A DNA stretch of 60,005 nucleotides. It comes from a virus (Duplodnaviria > Caudoviricetes). The DNA lies in the IMG/VR virus record IMGVR_UViG_3300042301_001108, positions 1 to 60,005 of that record. One strand, given 5' to 3'. Made by a program: the position numbers and the translations under genes. A model generated the notes under the pieces. That model was not told the DNA's origin and searched no databases. It saw nothing but the letters and a program-made list of their open reading frames with translations. Below, in pieces: positions 1 through 7,014 of the stretch (the first letter of the stretch is position 1; every line of letters starts with the position of its first letter).

Positions 1-287
1 AAGTGGACTTTGTTACCACGCATCGTGGACAGAGAGTCCTTGTTGAAGCCAAGGGTGGTAAGGTGGCTCTAGGTAAGAGACCAGGAGCACAGAGGACTGA
101 CAACGTTAAGAAAGCTATTGCTTCTGCAGCTATCATCAAAACCCTCTATCCTGATTATAAGTTTGTGGTGTATTTCTCAGACCTTCCAAAGCATGGTCTA
201 TCATCACACAAGATGATTAAGACTGCTATTAGAGCAGGGTTTATAGATCAGGTTATATATCTTATAGAGAGTGATAAGGTATCCTAG
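1..287 (+). CDS. PD-(D/E)xK restriction-endonuclease-like protein, 5'-truncated
   Basis: VDFV...LVEAKG motif; ORF runs off the window start. Confidence 0.55.
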   Translation, partial: VDFVTTHRGQRVLVEAKGGKVALGKRPGAQRTDNVKKAIASAAIIKTLYPDYKFVVYFSDLPKHGLSSHKMIKTAIRAGFIDQVIYLIESDKVS

Positions 288-357
288 AGGATGTTGCTAC
301 GTTAGTAGCATATGAAACTCTTATTTACCGCCGAACTTTTTTCGCCCGAACTTTATA

Positions 358-549
358 TTAGTCTTCTTGCCAATTATCAATTAGGCCACGGAAGTCAAAG
401 CATTTAGAACAAACCTGATGCATCATTGTGGCCTTGCCCATGCTGCCTACTGAGTATTGATAGTCATGCTCATCGTCCTTACAGGGGTTGCTCATGGCAT
501 CGTGGAACTTTTGAAGCCTTTGTCTTATTAGATCGTCTTCAGAGTCCAT
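358..549 (-). CDS. hypothetical protein, possible Zn-binding
   Basis: 63 aa ORF with CxxxxH...CxxC, in a minus-strand gene run. Confidence 0.55.
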   Translation of the reverse strand: MDSEDDLIRQRLQKFHDAMSNPCKDDEHDYQYSVGSMGKATMMHQVCSKCFDFRGLIDNWQED

Positions 550-551
550 GG

Positions 552-716
552 CTATCTACCAAGAAGCTGTCTGGCAAAATCATCTAAACCATATTCAATA
601 ATCAGCCTATCAGCCTCATCGCTCATAATGAACGGAATAGCTACTACAAATATAAACAGGATAGCAGCTATTAGCAAACCTATCTTAATTGAGTCTTTTA
701 TAATTTGATTTCTCAT
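552..716 (-). CDS. small membrane protein, 54 aa (not in ORF track)
   Basis: MRNQIIKDSIKIGLLIAAILFIFVVAIPFIMSD...; ATG 6 nt after TTGACA-17-TATAAT. Confidence 0.65.
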   Translation of the reverse strand: MRNQIIKDSIKIGLLIAAILFIFVVAIPFIMSDEADRLIIEYGLDDFARQLLGR

Positions 717-722
717 AGTTCC

Positions 723-751
723 ATTATAGACTATTATGAATACTTTGTCAA
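723..751 (-). promoter_or_regulatory. SigA/sigma70-type promoter, leaderless
   Basis: TTGACA-N17-TATAAT-N6-ATG. Confidence 0.8.
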
Positions 752-754
752 CTG

Positions 755-825
755 CTCCCCACCATGGATTCGAACCACGATAATCGCTTCCAAAGAGCGA
801 TGTCTTGCCGTTAGACGAATGGGGA
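755..825 (-). tRNA. tRNA-Gln(TTG)
   Basis: Full cloverleaf TCCCCAT/GTGGGGA, anticodon arm TCGCT-CTTTGGA-AGCGA, TTCGAAT T-loop; no encoded CCA. Confidence 0.95.
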
Positions 826-830
826 TCAGG

Positions 831-1295
831 TTATAGGTTGTGAGTTACCCAATAGTATTGACATCTATCGCAGCATGGGTTAGCTCTGTCGTGAACAAAG
901 TCCATATAGAACTCTGGATCTTTTCTGTATAGATTTGCCCTATGTGATTCTGTTAGTCTATTTACTATTGAGTCATTATTAATCCAGAATGGATCTTTTA
1001 TACCCCAGTTTTCTAGAGTGGCCTTACGAAGAGTCTCAATGTTTTCTAAATTCTTGTCTGTTTTTATACCTCTAGAAGTGGCTACGTTGGCCATAGACAG
1101 GACGTAATCGTAAAGACGAGTCTCTGAGCCTCTCCACATCTTAACGGCTGGGTGATTCCTCCAAGCAGCTCTAGGGTCATCACTATTTAAAACTTTAAGG
1201 ATCTGGTATCCCTCTAGGATTTGTTTGTTTAGACGTTTGCTGTCTAGTACGTTAGCAGACTTTGTAAAGTCTTTATATGGTAAGAATGTTTGCAT
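831..1295 (-). CDS. pyrimidine-dimer DNA glycosylase (T4 endonuclease V/DenV-like, actinobacterial MSMEG_6728-type)
   Basis: MQTFLPY...LDxKRLNKQILExxQIL...HPAVKMWRG...SHRANLYRKDP. Confidence 0.85.
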   Translation of the reverse strand: MQTFLPYKDFTKSANVLDSKRLNKQILEGYQILKVLNSDDPRAAWRNHPAVKMWRGSETRLYDYVLSMANVATSRGIKTDKNLENIETLRKATLENWGIKDPFWINNDSIVNRLTESHRANLYRKDPEFYMDFVHDRANPCCDRCQYYWVTHNL

Positions 1296-1414
1296 AGTTT
1301 AATTATAAAACTTAGTCTACAAATAGTTCTTCTAAAATTGCAGCAATTTCTGCAGTCTCTAGATCGTCGTCAGTTAGTCCTTCTGCGTGGAGGCTTGCCA
1401 TTTTGGCCATCTTT

Positions 1415-1525
1415 TCATTCCTTAATTATAGTTATTTCTTTAGTATGTATATCTACAGCACAATTGGGACAGGTATCATGGTCTTTATCATCAAAAACCT
1501 CGCTACACCAGAAGCACTCAATCAT
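1415..1525 (-). CDS. 36-aa zinc-ribbon protein (not in ORF track)
   Basis: MIECFWCSEVFDDKDHDTCPNC; overlaps the stop of the upstream ORF. Confidence 0.5.
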   Translation of the reverse strand: MIECFWCSEVFDDKDHDTCPNCAVDIHTKEITIIKE

Positions 1526-1760
1526 GAATATCTTCCTGTCTAATAAGCTTAACTAGATCATCCCAATCCAATCTACCCAGATTTTTATCTAATAGCTTAA
1601 CAATACGGTCACGCTCTAGCTCTGCTCCATGGGTCATACCCTCTTGATAAAACCTAGCTCTGCTGCGTGTTATACGCTCTGCCCAGTCTGGCTTTTCACG
1701 TACGTTGCCCTTGCTTAGCTGGGTGTCAAAGTAGTCGTCAATTCCATCATCATTATTCAT
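1518..1760 (-). CDS. hypothetical protein
   Basis: 80 aa; ATG 6 nt after TTGACA-17-TAAAAT. Confidence 0.7.
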   Translation of the reverse strand: MNNDDGIDDYFDTQLSKGNVREKPDWAERITRSRARFYQEGMTHGAELERDRIVKLLDKNLGRLDWDDLVKLIRQEDIHD

Positions 1761-1766
1761 ACCTAT

Positions 1767-1795
1767 ATTTTACACGATATAAAGGATGATGTCAA
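1767..1795 (-). promoter_or_regulatory. SigA-type promoter, leaderless
   Basis: TTGACA-N17-TAAAAT-N6-ATG. Confidence 0.75.
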
Positions 1796-1802
1796 GTGCT
1801 TC

Positions 1803-2549
1803 TTAGTTATTAGTCTCTATAATGCGTGTGTAGGCAACTTCACTATTACCGTTTACCTTGGCCCAGTCACTAATAGATCTAATCTCTGTCTTGGTTCCTG
1901 GTTTACCGCCAGAGTGAACCATCTGGTCAGGACCTAGATAGATACCAATATGGTATGCACCACTCCAACCCCTGTGACTAAAAGACACAAGGTCTCCAGG
2001 TTTTGGATCAGTTATAATAGTTCCAAAATCTCTTTGAGCTGTAGCACTATGTCTCATCTCTATGCCAACATGTAGGTATGCCCAGCGAACAAGGCCAGAG
2101 CAGTCCCAAGATGGCGGAGAGGATCCTCCGTGATACCAACGACTAACTCCAACTTGAGCTTTTACCAACTCAATAGCCTCGTTTAGTCTTTGTGTGTTTT
2201 CTTTGATTTGTGCTTGCCGATTAATTTCGGCTTCTAGTTCTGCCTCTAGTCTTTCAACTTCAGCTTCTAGCTCAGCTTTTGTTTGCTCAGCTTCTAGCTT
2301 TAGCCTATCAGTTTCTTCTTTTTGTTGTGCCATCCAATCAACTGATCCAACCTCTGGGGCTTGTGACTTGAGAACAGCTGTTATTGGGTCTGCTTCGATC
2401 CTTACTGGACCAGAAACAAGAGTTTCTTTTTTTACTTGTGTTATTTTGGAAGCTTCTGTGGCTTCAATTACGGATGCAAAAGCAATCCCAGCTCCCGTAG
2501 TCATTACGAATGCTATTAGACCAACGGCGATTAACCTTTTTCTTTTCAT
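1803..2549 (-). CDS. secreted NlpC/P60 peptidoglycan endopeptidase with coiled coil
   Basis: Sec-type signal (MKRKR, hydrophobic stretch, AFA), coiled coil, WDCSGLV...PGDLV...YHIGIY...MVHS (Cys-His-His). Confidence 0.92.
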   Translation of the reverse strand: MKRKRLIAVGLIAFVMTTGAGIAFASVIEATEASKITQVKKETLVSGPVRIEADPITAVLKSQAPEVGSVDWMAQQKEETDRLKLEAEQTKAELEAEVERLEAELEAEINRQAQIKENTQRLNEAIELVKAQVGVSRWYHGGSSPPSWDCSGLVRWAYLHVGIEMRHSATAQRDFGTIITDPKPGDLVSFSHRGWSGAYHIGIYLGPDQMVHSGGKPGTKTEIRSISDWAKVNGNSEVAYTRIIETNN

Positions 2550-2683
2550 TTGGCGACCTACCTTTCCTTGTTAGTTAGTACTCGGTCGTTTGAGCGTTAG
2601 TGGGGGGTTCCCCGTATTAAGTTATATAAATGAATTTGCCTATGACGGTAGCCACAGGCAAAAACAGTACTACTATTTTACCA
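2550..2683 (-). promoter_or_regulatory. promoter and structured 5' leader of the NlpC/P60 gene
   Basis: TGG-TAAAAT at 2675-2683; 12-bp hairpin TTTGCCTGTGGC-TACC-GTCATAGGCAAA at 2635-2662; SD-like AAGGAAAGG. Confidence 0.55.
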
Positions 2684-2700
2684 CAGATTTTACTATAAAT

Positions 2701-2955
2701 CTACCTTTTAGAGCTATTTCGCCTACCCTTAAGGATTTTAGCCTTACCAAACCAGGGCTTATCGCCATATTTTGCCCATTCATATACAAAAATACAGAAA
2801 GCAATTAGAAGTCCCAAAGATATTGACTGAACAATATAATATGAGCTTGGATCAATTAGGTATGTGTCCCAAGGAAATGTATATGCAATTACTGGAAAAG
2901 CAATAACATTTCCAAAGACTACAGAAATAACAATACTCTTATAAACGTTTTTCAT
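2701..2955 (-). CDS. two-TM membrane protein
   Basis: Two hydrophobic segments and a basic tail. Confidence 0.65.
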   Translation of the reverse strand: MKNVYKSIVISVVFGNVIAFPVIAYTFPWDTYLIDPSSYYIVQSISLGLLIAFCIFVYEWAKYGDKPWFGKAKILKGRRNSSKR

Positions 2956-2971
2956 TTTTTCTCTTTCAGTT

Positions 2972-3496
2972 TTATTCTGGAAACTCTTGCATCCATTTTA
3001 TGGTAGAGCTTGTCATACCGTTCCATGGTGACCAATTATTTCCACCTTCTGACATTATATATGCAATTCTTGCATTTGTCAAGGGATCAAAAAGCTCTTC
3101 ATTACTACTCAGTCCATAATGTGCTAGTCTAGCTGGACCCATGCTGCCAATCATATTAATCTGAAATAGTCCATAAGAGTTATCGCCAGTCTTGCTATTT
3201 TGATTATGAGCCATTGGTCTTCCTGTTGACTCTTTCATTACTACTGCCCAGGCTTGTTTTAGCTGATACCCCTCAAAACCAACACTAGAAAGCAGATACT
3301 TTAGTCGTACTGGCTCTAGTGGCTTTGTGGGGTCATATACAACAGCTTCTGCAAGCTCGCCGTTTAGTAGTTTTTCTGCAATGCCAACCGTTTCAGACTG
3401 ACTAAATTCTTGTAGTGGGGTGATTTCTTTTTTGTCTTGTATGGTTCCAGATGCAGTAACCATAGAAAAAACCATAATTGGTATTAAGATAAACAT
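2972..3496 (-). CDS. secreted lytic transglycosylase / lysozyme-like protein
   Basis: Hydrophobic N-terminus; KES...SYGLFQIN...LFDPLTNA...WSPW; SD AAGGAG. Confidence 0.88.
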   Translation of the reverse strand: MFILIPIMVFSMVTASGTIQDKKEITPLQEFSQSETVGIAEKLLNGELAEAVVYDPTKPLEPVRLKYLLSSVGFEGYQLKQAWAVVMKESTGRPMAHNQNSKTGDNSYGLFQINMIGSMGPARLAHYGLSSNEELFDPLTNARIAYIMSEGGNNWSPWNGMTSSTIKWMQEFPE

Positions 3497-3522
3497 TATC
3501 TCTCCTTTAAAGTTGTCCTTTA

Positions 3523-3591
3523 ATTATACTCTATTGCAGGATATAAGTCAACAAAATGACGTTGACTATTCTGTGTGTTTGCTGGTATACT
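3523..3591. promoter_or_regulatory. divergent SigA-type promoter pair
   Basis: Minus: TTGACT-17-TATAAT (3551-3523). Plus: TTGACT-18-TATACT (3562-3591), ATG 6 nt later. Confidence 0.75.
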
Positions 3592-3597
3592 TAATAA

Positions 3598-3819
3598 ATG
3601 GAATATTGGTCATGGATCCTTGCCGTTATAGGCGTTGCAGGAATATACTTCGTTGGCAAGAAAACCCTATGGGGTTGGTTTGTGCTGCTATTTAATGAAG
3701 CTATTTGGATTATCTATGCAGTTGTTACAGAACAGTATGGCTTTATTGTTTCAGCTATTGCTTATGGTGCAGTATATATAAGGTCTTATTTTCATTGGAA
3801 GGCTGACGAAAAGTCATAG
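3598..3819 (+). CDS. small 3-TM membrane protein (PnuC-like half module)
   Basis: WSWILAVIGVAG...KTLWGWFVLLFNEAIW...YG...W pattern. Confidence 0.6.
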   Translation: MEYWSWILAVIGVAGIYFVGKKTLWGWFVLLFNEAIWIIYAVVTEQYGFIVSAIAYGAVYIRSYFHWKADEKS

Positions 3820-3838
3820 ATAGGTGTATAATAATATT

Positions 3839-4033
3839 ATGAATAAAACAAGATTTCGCATCATGCCAGATGAAACATACGTTATTGTTGTTGGCAACCA
3901 CAAGGAAGAGATTCCAGGTAGCGATATATTGGCAATACTTGAAGCAGCATTTGACGAGAGGGACGAAGCTGACTTAATGACTAAAGCTCTTGATAGAATA
4001 GAAGAGCTTATGGATGAATCTGAGGAGTACTAA
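3839..4033 (+). CDS. hypothetical protein
   Basis: Start moved to the ATG at 3839, 6 nt after TATAAT. Confidence 0.6.
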   Translation: MNKTRFRIMPDETYVIVVGNHKEEIPGSDILAILEAAFDERDEADLMTKALDRIEELMDESEEY

Positions 4034-4196
4034 AGGCTTCATTACAACCATAGCAGTATAGCTTAGGTTGATCAAGTACTAGGGTGGTTCCACCAAGGGC
4101 AACATCTTCGTTGCGGGCCATTTGGATTAATTTTTCTGATGGTATCCCATAAATTATATTAACAAGTTCATGGCTACAGCTAGGACAATTATTCAT
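4008..4196 (-). CDS. zinc-ribbon protein
   Basis: CPSC...IIYGIP...GG...YCYGC; leaderless after TGATATAAT. Confidence 0.7.
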   Translation of the reverse strand: MNNCPSCSHELVNIIYGIPSEKLIQMARNEDVALGGTTLVLDQPKLYCYGCNEAFSTPQIHP

Positions 4197-4273
4197 ACTT
4201 CAATTATATCAGAATGTGCTTGACATATTAGGCTTTTACTGGTATTCTAATAACAAAATAGATTGGATACTTT

Positions 4274-4465
4274 ATGAGTGAAAATAGGCAAGACAAGCGT
4301 AAAGCACAAAGACAAATAGAAAACATTGTTGCTAAAGCAAAAGTTGATATGAACAAGTGGATACTTTCCTTACCTAGCTCTGTAACTGAGGGAGAGGTCC
4401 TTGCTTGGCAAGCTGGATATATTTCTGGAGTAAACAGAATGGCAAACGAAAACTTGGAGGACTAA
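4274..4465 (+). CDS. hypothetical protein
   Basis: 63 aa; TTGACA-17-TATTCT at 4220-4248. Confidence 0.65.
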   Translation: MSENRQDKRKAQRQIENIVAKAKVDMNKWILSLPSSVTEGEVLAWQAGYISGVNRMANENLED

Positions 4466-4678
4466 TTGAAAGATCATGATCATGAAGAACATGACCACTC
4501 AGTACTAGATGGACTATTGGAAGTCATGTTTGGTTTTGAACACGTAGTTGCAGAGTTTTTCTGGAATGCCGTATTCTTATTGGTAGGCTTTGGAGTATCT
4601 AGAGCAATAGCTCTTAGAAAAATTCATAAATACATTGACGAAAAGCATGGAGTCACCCATGAAAAATCTGGTTACTAA
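4466..4678 (+). CDS. His-rich small membrane protein
   Basis: DHDHEEHDH N-terminus, one TM; GGAGG SD, TTG start. Confidence 0.65.
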   Translation: MKDHDHEEHDHSVLDGLLEVMFGFEHVVAEFFWNAVFLLVGFGVSRAIALRKIHKYIDEKHGVTHEKSGY

Positions 4679-4830
4679 TGAATGGTTTCGAGCAAGAGCT
4701 AGAAAAGATTAGTAAAAATCTTGATAGGCTTGAGTTTGAAATTGCAATGAGCCAAGAAGCCCTAGAATCTATAGAGATAAGATTAAGACTGCTAAATACT
4801 GAATTAGACTTTGAGGCTGAGGGGAGTTAG
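4678..4830 (+). CDS. 50-aa coiled-coil protein (not in ORF track)
   Basis: TAATG coupling to the previous stop; MNGFEQELEKISKNLDRLEFEIAM...; last 10 nt overlap the tRNA. Confidence 0.5.
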   Translation: MNGFEQELEKISKNLDRLEFEIAMSQEALESIEIRLRLLNTELDFEAEGS

Positions 4831-4894
4831 CTCAGCTGGTTAGAGCAGCGGACTCATAATCCGTCGGTCACGGGTTCAAGTCCCGTACTCCCCA
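4821..4894 (+). tRNA. tRNA with CAT anticodon (probably Ile2, otherwise elongator Met)
   Basis: GGGGAGT/ACTCCCC acceptor stem, GCGGA-CTCATAA-TCCGT anticodon arm; G1-C72 paired, so not an initiator. Confidence 0.93.
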
Positions 4895-4916
4895 CAAATA
4901 AGGTATAATAGATAAC

Positions 4917-5567
4917 ATGGCAAATATAAACTATGATGAAAAAACTGGTACATATACTGCTGATCCAACATCAGCCAAAGTAGAAGATTCAGCAATGAAT
5001 GAGTCTGCATATTCAGAGCCTGTTAGAAAAAGAAAAGCTTCTGTAACTAAAACTGTTAGGTCTAACATTAAAGACAAAAAATCAATAATGTATGAAAAAC
5101 AAGAAGCAAAGAGAGCACCAAAGCTGCAAATTGATCAGAGACTCGTTCTTTGGTCTTGGGTTATTGGTATTGGAATTGCCTTTGTTTCTTCTGCAATTGT
5201 ATCTTTTAACGGTATTACTTCTGTAGCATTCTTTGTAGGATTGTCACAAGACTGGATGGCTGGACTATTCTTCTTCTTTATTGAGTTGATGTATCTTCTT
5301 TATCTTATTGCTTATCTTGTTCTTGGATCTCGTATGGATGAAGACGGTACCCCAGAAAAAACTACTGGTGCACTGTGGGGAATGATTGCTTTTGGTGGTA
5401 TTGCTGTTCTTGCTAACGCTTTCCACACCCTGGACTATTGGAACTTTGATTGGCTAAGTCCTCAAATGTGGGCTGGTGTTGTCTTGAGTATCTCTGCACC
5501 TATTGCTATTATCAGTGCATCCAAGATGGCATCAAGAGTTGTATTTGCTAAGGCCATCACAATCTAA
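4917..5567 (+). CDS. four-TM membrane protein
   Basis: Hydrophilic N-terminus plus four hydrophobic helices; ATG 7 nt after TATAAT. Confidence 0.75.
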   Translation: MANINYDEKTGTYTADPTSAKVEDSAMNESAYSEPVRKRKASVTKTVRSNIKDKKSIMYEKQEAKRAPKLQIDQRLVLWSWVIGIGIAFVSSAIVSFNGITSVAFFVGLSQDWMAGLFFFFIELMYLLYLIAYLVLGSRMDEDGTPEKTTGALWGMIAFGGIAVLANAFHTLDYWNFDWLSPQMWAGVVLSISAPIAIISASKMASRVVFAKAITI

Positions 5568-5569
5568 TC

Positions 5570-6280
5570 ATGATACATGAGTGGAGGCCAGATGGCGGCA
5601 CCAGAAACTTTGGTGATGCCCTAACCGAATTGTTGGCAGACATAATACCTTTTGCATCTGCTGAAGAAATGCAATCTAGCACAACAAAAAAATATTTTTT
5701 AATTGGTAGTGTTATTGATAATCAAATTATTATAGACACCCTTTTGCAAGGATATACCCCAGTTTTTGTAAATTGTGGATGGAGAGGTACGCCACTATCT
5801 AAGGTGCTGACAGATCAGTGTGAGTTTATTGGTTGTCGTGGCCCCATAACCCAAGCAGAGTTAGAAAGGGTTGGAATATCTGTTGAGGTTACCTTAGACT
5901 CAGCCTATCTTTTAAAAGATAACATATCTGCAAGAGTTGACAAAAATAAAAAAGTTTTAACGTTTCCTCATTTGCTGTCTTCTGAAGGAAGACAAAGCCC
6001 TGCATCAGTTAAAACGAAACAAAACATAGTAAAAACAATAAAAAACATTTCTGCTGCAGACTTTGTTCTTGGTGGTGCAATGCATGCTTGTATCGTAGCA
6101 CACATGTATGGTGTTCCGTTTGCCCCTTATGTTGCTAATGATTTTTATGTAGATGCCTCTACTAAATGGAAAGACTGGCTTGAATCAATTGGAATACCCC
6201 AAGAAAATCTTAGATTTGCTAGAACAGAAGAAGAGGGACGTGGCTGGTATGAATCAAACAAGCACTATCTTTCATACTGA
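5570..6280 (+). CDS. polysaccharide pyruvyl-transferase family protein
   Basis: NFGDAL...IGSV...RGPIT...MHACIVAHMYGVPF. Confidence 0.8.
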   Translation: MIHEWRPDGGTRNFGDALTELLADIIPFASAEEMQSSTTKKYFLIGSVIDNQIIIDTLLQGYTPVFVNCGWRGTPLSKVLTDQCEFIGCRGPITQAELERVGISVEVTLDSAYLLKDNISARVDKNKKVLTFPHLLSSEGRQSPASVKTKQNIVKTIKNISAADFVLGGAMHACIVAHMYGVPFAPYVANDFYVDASTKWKDWLESIGIPQENLRFARTEEEGRGWYESNKHYLSY

Positions 6281-6951
6281 GATGGATCAGGAAACATGTC
6301 TTTAAGAAGCTCTTCATAAACTTCCTGAAAAGAACCGTCTTCAGTTGAAATAAAAGGCATGTCTCCATTTTTAAAATTATAAGAGTTTGCTTTTAGTGGA
6401 TTCTTTGCAGCATAGGTCTTGACATCTTGAATGTGGGTGCCACCTATATTGTGAATGTTTCCATATCCAGACCTAGGAAAGTAAGCTTTCTTTATTGATT
6501 CTGCTAGCTTTTGTTTATTCATTGGCATTGGTACGTGTATGTCATAGTCCAGAGGATTTTTAATGCCCTGACGAACCAAGTTATTGTATGTTCTTGATAG
6601 CAATGTAGCATAACGTCTTGAACCTAATTCAATATACTTATCTATCTTATTTCTTAGCAAGCCACCATGATATGTGGGCACTACTCCAACATCTTTTAAG
6701 AAAAAGAAATCATCATTCATTAAAACAAAATTATCGGATATTGCTCCTATGTTTGTAATAGCTTTTGTGCAATTAATAATATTATCAAACTTAGTTGCTG
6801 TGTCTGGAAGATCTACAAAGTCTCCATGGTACCAAGCTGGTTTATAACCAACCAACCAAATGTTGTTGTGTGAAGCATGAGCTACAACAGACCTAATTGA
6901 GTACCTAAGCTCTTCGTTGTTGCCTTCTCTGCATATGTAAACATAGTCCAT
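6265..6951 (-). CDS. Stealth-family-like hexose-1-phosphoryl transferase
   Basis: MDYVY, NEELRYSIRSV, FVLMNDDFFF; start taken at ATG 6951, 5 nt after TGGTATAAT. Confidence 0.75.
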   Translation of the reverse strand: MDYVYICREGNNEELRYSIRSVVAHASHNNIWLVGYKPAWYHGDFVDLPDTATKFDNIINCTKAITNIGAISDNFVLMNDDFFFLKDVGVVPTYHGGLLRNKIDKYIELGSRRYATLLSRTYNNLVRQGIKNPLDYDIHVPMPMNKQKLAESIKKAYFPRSGYGNIHNIGGTHIQDVKTYAAKNPLKANSYNFKNGDMPFISTEDGSFQEVYEELLKDMFPDPSQYER

Positions 6952-7014
6952 ACACAATTATACCACCTTAGCTTTCGTGTTATAATTATACTATGAGCAG
7001 AGAAACAGAAATAC

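Noticed and set aside
2550-2670. c-di-AMP (ydaO) riboswitch
   Set aside because: Only fragments (GGGAACC, CTAAC) resemble it; the conserved GCTGAA/GGTGAA elements are missing
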